From Ostreococcus lucimarinus (lineage: Eukaryota): DNA of 64,000 bases. Shown here piece after piece: positions 1 through 8,710 of the stretch (position 1 is its first letter; each line of letters opens with the position of its first letter). The notes under the pieces are model-generated. The model was given only the letters and a program-made list of their open reading frames with translations. It was not told where the DNA came from and did no database searches. The stretch is taken from the NCBI GenBank assembly GCA_000092065.1, contig CP000587.1. One strand, given 5' to 3'. Made by a program: the position numbers and the translations under genes.

Positions 1-2395
1 CTCGCCAAAACTCGACAGATTGACGTCGATTCTAAAGCAACACTTCAGAGACGCTACGGCGGATACGCGAGTGATCATTTTCACATCGTACCGTGAAAGC
101 GTCAAGGACATCGTTCAAGCCCTTCGCGAGGTCCCCGCTGGCGAGGACACCGCGTGCAAGATTAAAGTTGCAGAGTTCGTCGGTCAGGGCGATACGGGCG
201 CGACGGGTAAGAAACGGGCGCCTGGTGCTACCTCGCGCGGTACTAAGGGACAGACGCAAAAAGAACAAAAGCAGACGCTGGACGATTTCAGAGCCGGAAC
301 GCTGAACACACTCGTGGCGACATCCATCGGAGAAGAGGGATTGGACATTCCGAGCGTAGATTTGATTTTTTTCTTTGACGTCGTTGATACCATTCGTGCC
401 ATTCAACGAATGGGTCGAACTGGTCGAGCGCGCGATGGCAAAGTCGTCATTCTCGCGACGGAGGGTAAAGAATACGCCAAGTTTACGAGCGAGCAGAAAA
501 AGTACGAAACTTTGATGACGTGCCTACGAATGCCAGAAACGCACTTTCGGCTCGACAAAAAGTGTCCTCGCATCGTTCCAGATGGCGTGACACCGGTATG
601 TCAACTCGCTATGATCGAACCATCTCCTGCGGAGAAGAAGACCAAGTCCAAAATGAGCGAACAAGCGGAAGTGGCGAAGCCAAAGAAGCCAAAGAAAGCG
701 ATGGGTGCGAAAGCTCTTTTGAATGCGGCGAACAAGCTCAACGATACTCCTCTTGATGCGGCGAGCAAGGCCATTCTTTATGCGTACGAATACCAGGGAA
801 GTGCGATGGAAGATCTCGATTTTTCGGCGTCCACGCCGTTTCTTTCGCGCCCGCATCCGGTGTACGCAATCGAGCATAGTGACTTGACCCGCGCGTTCAT
901 CGGTGTGATGGCGGATTTGCAAGACATGCCACGCGTCGATGCTACTGGGAGTGCCCTTTTGAATGGACCATGCGCCGAAAGTCGGCTCAAGCAAACATCA
1001 GCACCAAACTTGATCGAGCCAGAGCTGCAACGAGACGAGTCGAACGCGCCGACTGTTGTTGAGGCAATTGATGTCGAAGAATTCCCCGTCAATGACGATT
1101 TCCAAGACGACTGGGGCAACGACTGGCCTGCAACATCACAAGACGGTCCTGCGTACGAGGCGGCGATCAAAACGAGTCAAGAAGTTTTGGAGGAATTCAC
1201 GCAGTTGAGCGATGCGGTTCCGCGGCGCATTTCCATGCACAGCGCCTCGCCGGCGCAGCGACCTTTGCAATCATCTGTTCTCGACTCATCCCCGCACGAC
1301 TCGCAAGAGCTCGAAGATACGAAGGGCGATGGAAATGATGGTGATGACGATGATGATGATTACGAAGAAACGTTGGGTGACATGCTCTTCACCAAGAAGC
1401 AGCAGAGATTGGCGCGCGAACTGAGACTCAGCTCTTCCAGCGACAAAGTCGAAGAAAAACGCAAGAGTCAAGATCGACTGTCGATGCCTCCGCCTCCGCC
1501 TCGCATGACACCTCAGAGCACTGGTAAGGCGTCCGACGCCGCGCAATCATCAGGTGGAAGCGAGCTGAACTTCAAGCGTCACGTGCGTAAGACCAACGCG
1601 CGCGTGCTCATGTCGCAAGAAATTTCACCCATCATCGGCGACGGTCCCGAGGAAGCGCAAAACGATGGCGGCGAAGACGACGACGATGACGACATCGAAT
1701 TCATCGGCGAGGAACCCGCTTCTCGCCCGCGTCGTCAGCAGCGTGTGCGCGCACAGCCTGCGTTCAACCCTCGGAAGAGGCGGAACTGTTTCATCGACGA
1801 CGAGGCGGATGCGAGCGAAGAAGAGGACGGCGAAGAGGACGGCGATATGTCATCCGGCGACGAGAGATTCATCGCAAATTCCCAGGGAGACGACGCTATT
1901 GCTGAGCATCCGGGAGCGCGTTTCGCCGAAGCGACTCCCGATGAAGCGCCATGGCAACGCGTCACGCGAGATGCTCCAGCTGGAGTCGATTTGGCGCAGA
2001 CTTTTGCCGCGTTGGGACCACGTGAACGGCACGCTGTGCAAGACACGCCAAGCCCGACCCAACGATGGGGTGGAAGTGGCGAAACGCGGTCTTCGAGTAA
2101 ATATGATTCGAGTTTCATAGATGACGGCTCTGACGCTGGCTTGGATGATTCCGTCCAGCGACCGGCTCGTCAACCCGACGTCGTCGAAATTGACCCAGAA
2201 CCTGTCCCCCGCGTTGAACAAACTGCGGAAGATATGTGGGCCGAATTCGATGACGATGGCATAGAAGATTGGGATGACGACGGGTGGAGTGCTGGCGATG
2301 CGCAGCCCGTTGCGGATACGAACGTGAATGACGATGGGTGGGGCGTCGCGAGTCAACAAAACCAAAACGCGGGCGCGAGCGATGACGACTGGTAA
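1..2395 (+). CDS. FANCM: FANCM/Mph1/Hef-family DNA helicase, C-terminal part (partial CDS; 5' end lies upstream of the window)
   Basis: Helicase C-terminal domain motifs readable in the ORF (QKEQKQTLDDFRAG..NTLVATSIGEEGLDIP..IQRMGRTGR). Long acidic C-terminal tail ending in DDGW/DDDW repeats. The listed M at 20 is not a real start, because the frame is open to the window edge. Confidence 0.6.
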   Translation, partial: SPKLDRLTSILKQHFRDATADTRVIIFTSYRESVKDIVQALREVPAGEDTACKIKVAEFVGQGDTGATGKKRAPGATSRGTKGQTQKEQKQTLDDFRAGTLNTLVATSIGEEGLDIPSVDLIFFFDVVDTIRAIQRMGRTGRARDGKVVILATEGKEYAKFTSEQKKYETLMTCLRMPETHFRLDKKCPRIVPDGVTPVCQLAMIEPSPAEKKTKSKMSEQAEVAKPKKPKKAMGAKALLNAANKLNDTPLDAASKAILYAYEYQGSAMEDLDFSASTPFLSRPHPVYAIEHSDLTRAFIGVMADLQDMPRVDATGSALLNGPCAESRLKQTSAPNLIEPELQRDESNAPTVVEAIDVEEFPVNDDFQDDWGNDWPATSQDGPAYEAAIKTSQEVLEEFTQLSDAVPRRISMHSASPAQRPLQSSVLDSSPHDSQELEDTKGDGNDGDDDDDDYEETLGDMLFTKKQQRLARELRLSSSSDKVEEKRKSQDRLSMPPPPPRMTPQSTGKASDAAQSSGGSELNFKRHVRKTNARVLMSQEISPIIGDGPEEAQNDGGEDDDDDDIEFIGEEPASRPRRQQRVRAQPAFNPRKRRNCFIDDEADASEEEDGEEDGDMSSGDERFIANSQGDDAIAEHPGARFAEATPDEAPWQRVTRDAPAGVDLAQTFAALGPRERHAVQDTPSPTQRWGGSGETRSSSKYDSSFIDDGSDAGLDDSVQRPARQPDVVEIDPEPVPRVEQTAEDMWAEFDDDGIEDWDDDGWSAGDAQPVADTNVNDDGWGVASQQNQNAGASDDDW

Positions 2396-2483
2396 TGTGA
2401 CTGGGCAAATCAGAACATTAGAGGATTTGAATACAAACATAGGCGTAACAATCATTTTGGAGCACGCGAATACATAAAATACG

Positions 2484-3875
2484 TTACGCGGCGGACGGCG
2501 AAGAAGGTGGCAACGAGCCCAGAGGCGCGGTCGCACCGTCGAGATGCAATTCAATCTTTGGCGGCGGTTTCCTGCGGCGCCGTGACGGAGGCGTCGGCGG
2601 AAGGGCGAGAACCGGTTTCCGAAGTCGTTGCAGTAATTCTTCAATGTGGCGAAGCGTTCGTTGCGATGACAGTCGACCGAAATGGGTGGCGATGTCGCTC
2701 CACTTTTCGGGAACGTTCGTGGCGTCGTCGCTTGAAGCAAACAATCGTCGAGCCGTTTCGGCTCGTTCATGTCCTTCTTTCGTCGCCTCGTTGAAACATT
2801 TCGGGCACACGCATTGACGATCGCACAACAAGTACACGTACATCTTCAAACAATCTTCACACGAACACGTTTCGGCAAAGAAATCGTAGCCCACAATGCC
2901 GTCGATGTCGGTGTGAAGTTTGAGCGCTTCTTCGCACGCGCACGAGTGGTACATTGGCGAATTAGGATGATCGATTACCGAGTGGAGCACGTCTTTGTGC
3001 GTTTCCAAACCAACGTCGTGATCCAGACGATTGCGCTGATACTGTCGCATGATGTCTCGCAACGCCTTCGTCGCGTCTTCGCAGCGCGCGTCGAGCGATT
3101 CGTGCGAATTAGACATGAACAAAGTCAATTCCCAGTGCGCCTTTTCGACGCGTTCGACTCTGCGACGAATGAACCGTCTACCCTTACCTTTTGCGGTGTG
3201 CTTCGGCTTTGTCGCGATGTCGATCCACTTTAGCGGTGGCAACGGCAACTTGTCTTGCTTTTGCGATGGCGCCAAAGCGATCGACGGCGTCGCCGGCAAA
3301 GGCTTCGGCAGCGCGGGATACTCCTCCTCCGCCGCCGAATCGGCGAACGAAGGTTGCGGCAGCGCCGAGGGCGACGGCGGCGCGGTATCCGGTGACGATG
3401 TCCCGGGAGACGGCGATGAAGAACATCCCATCACGGTACGTCCGGAACCCGACGTGTGACTCTTCTTCGGCGACGACCTTTTCGACGTAGATCTCCGCGT
3501 CGCCCCTCGCCGAGTCGGTTTGCCGATTCGCGTCGGCGACGCCGATCCCGCGCCTCGCATCATCAGCATCCCCGCCGCCACTCGACTCGCCTCCATCGCC
3601 GCGCACATCGCCATCTCGCGCTCTCGCATCGCCTTCATCGCGTCCCTTCGCGTCGCGATCAACGCCTCGCGCATTTCATCGTCCAAAATCTCCGCGACGA
3701 CGACGATCGAATCGGCGGCGCGCGCCGTCGACAACACCGCCACCAATCCCAACCCACTCACCGCCACGAACCGCGTCGCGTGCGCCGGCGCGCGCGCGTG
3801 CGCGATCGGCACCGTCGGCATCGGCGCTCCCGCGCCCCACGCCCCTCCCCGCACGCCCTCGAACGCGCCGCGCAT
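2484..3875 (-). CDS. Hypothetical protein with C-terminal Cys/His-rich putative zinc-binding module; low-complexity Ala/Arg/Pro-rich N-terminal half
   Basis: ATG confirmed at 3875-3873. C-terminal half has a dense C/H pattern (HSCACEE..CSCEDCLKMYVYLLCDRQCVCPKCF). Coding-strand G-skew matches the neighbouring genes. The N-terminal extent is uncertain, as an internal Met near 3140 is possible. Confidence 0.45.
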   Translation of the reverse strand: MRGAFEGVRGGAWGAGAPMPTVPIAHARAPAHATRFVAVSGLGLVAVLSTARAADSIVVVAEILDDEMREALIATRRDAMKAMREREMAMCAAMEASRVAAGMLMMRGAGSASPTRIGKPTRRGATRRSTSKRSSPKKSHTSGSGRTVMGCSSSPSPGTSSPDTAPPSPSALPQPSFADSAAEEEYPALPKPLPATPSIALAPSQKQDKLPLPPLKWIDIATKPKHTAKGKGRRFIRRRVERVEKAHWELTLFMSNSHESLDARCEDATKALRDIMRQYQRNRLDHDVGLETHKDVLHSVIDHPNSPMYHSCACEEALKLHTDIDGIVGYDFFAETCSCEDCLKMYVYLLCDRQCVCPKCFNEATKEGHERAETARRLFASSDDATNVPEKWSDIATHFGRLSSQRTLRHIEELLQRLRKPVLALPPTPPSRRRRKPPPKIELHLDGATAPLGSLPPSSPSAA

Positions 3876-3879
3876 GACG

Positions 3880-4693
3880 TTTCGACCCCCCTCGCGCGTC
3901 GCGTCGAGTGCCCCGATCCCTTCGACGCCGCGCGTCGTCCTCGTTCCCGTCCCGCGCGCCCGCTCGTCGCGCGCCGCGCGCGCCGAAGCGCGTCACCGCG
4001 CGCGCGCCGCCCGCCCGGCGCGCCCGCCCGCGCGACGACGCGTCGTCGCGTCGTCGCCCCGCGCGACGCGCAGTGCCGACTTCGCCGACCGCGCGATCGC
4101 GCGATCGAGGTTCGTCGACGACCCTCGCGCGAGGTTCGACGCGCGCGATCGAACCTCGCGATTTCGGGGTCGATCGACGCGCGCGCCGACCGACGGCGAT
4201 CGCGCGATCGAGGTTCGTCGACGACCCTCGCGCGAGGTTCGACGCGCGCGATCGAACCTCGCGATTTCGGGGTCGATCGACGCGCGCGCCGACCGCGCGA
4301 TCGCGCCGACCGCGTCAGAACACCGCGCGCGTCGACGACCGTCATGCTGCGCGCGCTCGCGAGACGAGAGGTGCGAGGCGACGACGCGAGGCGACGCGAG
4401 GCGACGACGACGACGCGCGCGCGCGAGGCGAGGCGACGACGACGCGCGCGCGCGAGGCGACGCGCGAGACGTTCGTAGGGTTGGCGAACGATCGATCGCG
4501 GGGCGCGAGGGACGACGGCGACGCGCGACGGCGACGCGCGACGGCGACGCGAGGGCGAGGGCGAGGACTGACGGAGACGCGGTGTGGTTTCGGGGGGTAG
4601 GTTGGGGCGTTCGCGCGCGCGGCGCGACGGACGTACGCGGGGGACGCGGCGGCGCCGGCGACGGGGAGCTGGGACGCGATCAAGACGGAGGCG
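3880..4693. promoter_or_regulatory. Divergent (head-to-head) promoter region between the 2484-3875 gene and the ATP synthase d gene; repeat-rich, with a strand switch in G/C skew
   Basis: C-rich plus strand left of about 3900, G/A-rich plus strand from about 4340 to 4690. Contains the 4098-4297 tandem repeat and (CGAGGCGACG)n-like low-complexity tracts. Confidence 0.4.
4098..4297. repeat. Tandem duplication of a ~98-102 bp unit, each copy carrying a 12-bp perfect inverted repeat (cgcgaggttcga / tcgaacctcgcg) and a cgtcgacg palindrome
   Basis: Direct comparison of 4098-4195 with 4200-4297 shows the units are near-identical. Hairpin arms were read from the sequence. Confidence 0.8.
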
Positions 4694-5119
4694 TTGTCCG
4701 ACGCCTCGCACAAGGAGCTCATGGCGCTGCAAAAGGCTGTCGCTGATATGCGCGATGCGGTCGCGCGCGCGGCGTATAAGGGACCGGAACCGGATTTCGC
4801 GGCGATGCGCAAGGATACGAAGATGCCGGAAATCGTGGACGAGTTTGAGAAGGCGTACAAGGGCGTGACCAAGCCGGATGCGAAGAGCCCGGAAATCGAG
4901 GCTTTGCGATCGTCGTTCGTGGAGATCGAAGCCGAAGCGAAAGCGCACGCGGAGCACGCGACGAAGCGCATTGCTGAACTCGATCTCGAGCTCAAGGCCA
5001 TCGAAGAGCAACGCTCCAAGCTCGGGTCGATCACCATGGACGAATACTTCCAAACCAATCCGGAGCTGAAGAAGAAGATTGACGACAGGATCAAGAACGA
5101 TCAGTGGTTCGAGGTCTAA
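4694..5119 (+). CDS. ATP5H: Mitochondrial F1Fo ATP synthase subunit d (Atp7/ATP5H homolog)
   Basis: C-terminus SITMDEYFQTNPELKKKIDDRIKNDQWFEV matches the conserved plant/yeast subunit d end (TVDEYFEKHPELKKKFDDEIRNDNWGY). ORF-track start at 4694 is TTG. First ATG is at 4721. The protein lacks about 25-30 N-terminal residues relative to plant orthologs. Confidence 0.7.
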   Translation: MSDASHKELMALQKAVADMRDAVARAAYKGPEPDFAAMRKDTKMPEIVDEFEKAYKGVTKPDAKSPEIEALRSSFVEIEAEAKAHAEHATKRIAELDLELKAIEEQRSKLGSITMDEYFQTNPELKKKIDDRIKNDQWFEV

Positions 5120-5253
5120 TCTCGATCGTCTGTTCGTGTATTTCCCCTTAGCAGAGCGTCACGCAAGTTGTGATTATAGATTTTTCTGAAACTTATCGAG
5201 TCCCGCCGACTTCAGAGTTTGACTCTCGCCGGTCGCCGTCGCGCGACCGGACC

Positions 5254-6666
5254 ATGGCGACGTCGCTCGATGAACCCGCGCGCGGTCGCACGAGTGGCGT
5301 TGATTCGACTTCCAACGCGCGGTTGAACTCGCAAGACGTCGAGGAACGCTCGACGGAGCGCGCGGACTCGCGAAGCGCGTTGACCGCGGTGGACCGCGCT
5401 CGAGGACGCGCGGGTGTCGCGCGAGAGAGCTCGCAACCATGCCGCCCGAGAGCGGTGCGGTTCGCGACGACGATGCCGAACACAATCACGCATAGTATTA
5501 TGCTCGCTCGCGGCTGGAGCGAGGTCTCGCCCACGGACTCGAATTGGGATTTGTTTTACGCGGACGTCGGTTGGATACACGAAAACGTGCCTTACAAGAG
5601 CGGCGCGCACATGGCGGAGCACCAACGCGTGAACCATTTCGCTAATCACGTGGAGCTGACGCGCAAGGATTTGATGGCGAAGAATTTGAACCGGGCGAAG
5701 AGACAAGCCGCGAAGAAAGGGGGAACTGAGGCGGCGAAATGTTTTGATATTTTACCCCTCACGTACGTGATGCCGCACGAGGCGTTGATGATGCAGCGCG
5801 CTTTCCGTGATCACGGTGGCTTGTGGATCATGAAACCGATCGGACGCGCGCAGGGTAAAGGAATTTTCATGGTCCATAAACTCTCTCAAATCACCAAGTG
5901 GCTCGCCGAGCGCGAGAAGAGTGGTGCGGAGAATATATGCATCGACAACTACGTCGCGCAGCGATACATTTCCAATCCGTATTGCGTCGGCGGTAGAAAA
6001 TTTGACATGCGCTTGTACGTGTTGGTTCTTTCATATCGCCCGCTTCGGGCGTATTTATATCGCGAAGGATTCGCAAGATTCACCGCGGCGCGGTACACGT
6101 GCGACAAGGAGTCGTTGGGAGATGAAATGGTGCACTTGACGAATCACTCGGTGCAAAAGCGAGACGCGAATTACGACGCTTCCAAGTGCGATTTGCGATG
6201 GAGCGCGCGTAGTGTTCGCCAGTACATCGCCGCGAAGCACGGCACGGCGACTTCGGACGCGCTCATAGAAGAGATTACCAAACTCATCATCAACTCTTTG
6301 CTTTCCGTGGCGCCAGTGATGATAAACGATCGACATTGTTTTGAAATGTACGGGTACGACGTCATGTTGGACGAAAATTTGCGACCGTGGCTCATCGAAG
6401 TAAACGCGTCACCATCGATGAGCGTCGATAGCGCGAGCGATAGAGCGTTGAAAACGGCACTCTTCGAAGATGTGCTAAACGTGGTCGACATGGAGAAGCA
6501 ATTCGATCGAACGAGTGACACCGCGAAACGCGTTGGGGGCTTTGATTTAATACACGACGGCGTCGTCGTCGAAGAAAATCTACGCCTACTCGGGGCACTG
6601 AATGACGATAGAGAATCATCTTTGGCGCGAACGCAAATGGTTTATGATGAAAAAATGGCGATGTGA
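5254..6666 (+). CDS. TTLL9: Tubulin-tyrosine ligase-like protein 9 (TTLL9; flagellar tubulin glutamylase)
   Basis: Near-colinear similarity to TTLL9 (RFATTMPNTI..GWSEV..DLFYADVGWIHEN; WIMKPIGRAQGKGIF; NYVAQRYISNPYCVGGRKFDMRLYVLV; HLTNHSVQK; HCFEMYGYDVMLDENLRPWLIEVNASPS; RVGGFDLI). ORF-track start 5170 is GTG. ATG at 5254 sits in a good Kozak context. Confidence 0.85.
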   Translation: MATSLDEPARGRTSGVDSTSNARLNSQDVEERSTERADSRSALTAVDRARGRAGVARESSQPCRPRAVRFATTMPNTITHSIMLARGWSEVSPTDSNWDLFYADVGWIHENVPYKSGAHMAEHQRVNHFANHVELTRKDLMAKNLNRAKRQAAKKGGTEAAKCFDILPLTYVMPHEALMMQRAFRDHGGLWIMKPIGRAQGKGIFMVHKLSQITKWLAEREKSGAENICIDNYVAQRYISNPYCVGGRKFDMRLYVLVLSYRPLRAYLYREGFARFTAARYTCDKESLGDEMVHLTNHSVQKRDANYDASKCDLRWSARSVRQYIAAKHGTATSDALIEEITKLIINSLLSVAPVMINDRHCFEMYGYDVMLDENLRPWLIEVNASPSMSVDSASDRALKTALFEDVLNVVDMEKQFDRTSDTAKRVGGFDLIHDGVVVEENLRLLGALNDDRESSLARTQMVYDEKMAM

Positions 6667-6671
6667 TCGAT

Positions 6672-7054
6672 TTAAACGTCGTACTGCTCGTCTTCATCTT
6701 GCGGTTCATCCTTCAAAATCGGTTTCCCTTCGGCGTCGAGCGGCCAAGGATTCCCGTCCACGTCGACGGGCACGTCGAGTTTCATCAACGTCGGCACGCT
6801 CCACGGGTATCGTTTCACCATCCCATACTCGATCGGTCTGCCAAAGTTTTTCTGCGCGCGCGAAATGAAAATCATATCGTCAGTCCCTCGCCTCGATCGC
6901 GTCGACGTCTCGAACGACTCGCCTTGAAATTTTCTTGAAAAATTCTCTGCGCCTCCTTGAACTCCGGCGTCGTGAACGACAACCGCGGATCCTCAAACTC
7001 GCGCATCTTCTCTAACTTCTCCGTGTGTTGCTTCATCTGTTCCAGCAAGTCCAT
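6672..7054 (-). CDS. Small hypothetical protein, apparently split across two frames (ORFs 6872-7054 and 6672-6875 overlap by ATGA); possible short intron or frameshift
   Basis: Two adjacent same-strand ORFs with coding-like composition, separated by a +1 frame change. No simple GT-AG intron that I could find restores the frame. Confidence 0.3.
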
Positions 7055-7371
7055 CTGTTCCTTGTCGTTCGGATCGACGCGTCGTTCAAAGTCCTCGAGC
7101 TTGGCTCTGTCCTCCTGCGCGTCGTCGTTCGTCGCCGTCAGTCACCGCGCGCGTCTTTCGCGCGCGTCACCGCACCTCGGCCGCCGCCGCGCCTCCCGTC
7201 CATCTCGCCGCGCCCGACATCGCGTCTCCCGCGCGTCGTCGCGCCTTCGTGTGTCGTCCCGCGCGCGCGTCCCCGCGCGCCTCGTTCGTAACGCTCGTGC
7301 GTTTTTCGAGCGAAAACGACGAAAAAATTCAAAAAGAGTGATTATTATGCAACAGCCCGTCGAAAGTCGGT

Positions 7372-8631
7372 ATGTTTTCCGTCGACGCGCGAAATTCGTT
7401 GACGAGCGATTCGTCCGCCGGCGCGCGCGCGCGCTTACGGGCGGGCGGCGGCGGCACACCGCGCCGTCTCGCGCGAGCGCCGCACATGGTGCGCGCGGGC
7501 GCGCAGATATTCTTCGCGAGCGTGCGCGCGGTGCTGGAAATATTCTGCGTCGGCGCCGTCGGCGTCCTGGGCGCGCGCCGAGGCTGGCTCGACCGCAAGA
7601 CGTGCAAGACGCTGTCGACGTTTAATGGAAACTTTTTCCTGCCGGCGCTGCTTTGGGTGTCGCTGAGCCGCTCGGTGAGCGCGAGCGCGCTGCGAAAGCT
7701 GTGGTTACTGCCGGTGACGTGCGTCGCGCACGTGACGCTCGGACTGGCGCTCGGGCTGGGCGTCGTGCGCTGGGCGCCGGTGAAGCCGGGCTTCAGAACC
7801 GTCGCGTTGATGTCGAGCGGATTCGGCAACTCGCTGGCTTTGCCGGTGGTCGTGGCGAGGGCGATCATCAAGAACCCGAGGATTGGGAATTTGACGTTCA
7901 CGAGCGATGATAACGATCGAGCGGTGTTGTATCTGTCGTCGTACGTGGTCGTGCTGAGCGGGCTGATGTGGACTCTCGGACCGTTTTTGTTCAGACGACG
8001 CGTAGCCGCGAAAGTTTCGCTCGAGGGAGGGGATGGGGGGGAGATGAGCGAACAGGCGGAACGCGATCGAACGCTGATGCGACAGCGTTCTTTCGCGAAT
8101 AGGACTTTAGATTTTACGCGGACGTTTTTCAATCCCGCGATCGCCTCGTGCGTGTTGGGCGTCGCGACTGGGATGGCGCCGCCGGTGCGAGACATAATTT
8201 TTAACCCCGGGCGCGCGCTGAGTTGGATCGGTGGATCCGCGGAAATGTTAGCCGACGCGGCGATTCCTTCGATTTTACTCGTTATCGGGGCGTCGTTGGC
8301 GTACGGTCCCGATTACAGCTTGGCGGATCGAAAGACGTCTCTCGCCATCGTCGGAGTGCGATTCGCAATAATACCATTCTTTACGATTGGGCTGTATTAT
8401 GCCTTTCGCAACGTCAGTGGGATCGCGCCCGACGATAAAACGTTTTGGCTCGTCTTCTTGATGCTCGGCACGACGCCGACGGCGAACAACATGATGCTTC
8501 AAGCTCAAATGTTCCACGACGACGATCGCGCGGGCGCCGGCGTGGGCACGTTGCTGTTTTGGCAATACCTCGCGTGTCCGGTGTTTCTCACCGCATTCGT
8601 GTCGTGGTACTTAGCCATGATCGATCGGTGA
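7372..8631 (+). CDS. Membrane transport protein of the auxin efflux carrier (Mem_trans/PIN-like) family
   Basis: ATG confirmed at 7372. Multi-pass hydrophobic protein with N-terminal (IFFASVRAVLEIFCVGAVGVLGARRGWL) and C-terminal (LLVIGASLAYG..FLMLGTTPTANNM) halves typical of Mem_trans permeases. Confidence 0.75.
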   Translation: MFSVDARNSLTSDSSAGARARLRAGGGGTPRRLARAPHMVRAGAQIFFASVRAVLEIFCVGAVGVLGARRGWLDRKTCKTLSTFNGNFFLPALLWVSLSRSVSASALRKLWLLPVTCVAHVTLGLALGLGVVRWAPVKPGFRTVALMSSGFGNSLALPVVVARAIIKNPRIGNLTFTSDDNDRAVLYLSSYVVVLSGLMWTLGPFLFRRRVAAKVSLEGGDGGEMSEQAERDRTLMRQRSFANRTLDFTRTFFNPAIASCVLGVATGMAPPVRDIIFNPGRALSWIGGSAEMLADAAIPSILLVIGASLAYGPDYSLADRKTSLAIVGVRFAIIPFFTIGLYYAFRNVSGIAPDDKTFWLVFLMLGTTPTANNMMLQAQMFHDDDRAGAGVGTLLFWQYLACPVFLTAFVSWYLAMIDR

Positions 8632-8710
8632 TCGTCTCGATTACAGTCGCCGCGCCGCGGTTGTTTGTTATTTACTTTCTAGTCTTAGGCGACGTCGAAA
8701 CGTCCACTTA

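Noticed and set aside
1850-2770. Long ORFs antisense to or overlapping annotated genes (examples: 1850-2770 minus, 3456-4478 plus, 3758-5053 minus, 22411-23919 plus, 25004-26158 plus, 30471-31664 minus, 44408-46030 minus)
   Set aside because: In ~65% GC DNA stop codons are rare in every frame. These ORFs translate to Arg/Ala/Pro/Gly low-complexity strings, have no family resemblance, and lie opposite genes with strong homology. They are compositional artefacts.
4100-4300. tRNA or other small RNA genes (searched by eye for GGTTCGAATCC / GTTCGATTCC T-loop-like strings and cloverleaf-compatible segments)
   Set aside because: Only partial matches such as gaggttcgacg occur, inside the tandem promoter repeat. 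No acceptor-stem or anticodon-loop context supports a tRNA. No rRNA-like or snRNA-like conserved blocks were seen. A covariance-model scan (tRNAscan-SE/Infernal) would be needed to exclude small ncRNAs properly.
6852-6918. A 67-nt GT-AG intron (donor gtcgtt, branch ctgac, acceptor cgcgcgcag) joining the two small minus-strand ORFs at 6672-7054
   Set aside because: When I checked phases, every candidate GT donor in the upstream ORF leaves one extra nucleotide. The available AG acceptors contribute 0 or 1, so no canonical combination restores the frame. I left it as an unresolved split gene.
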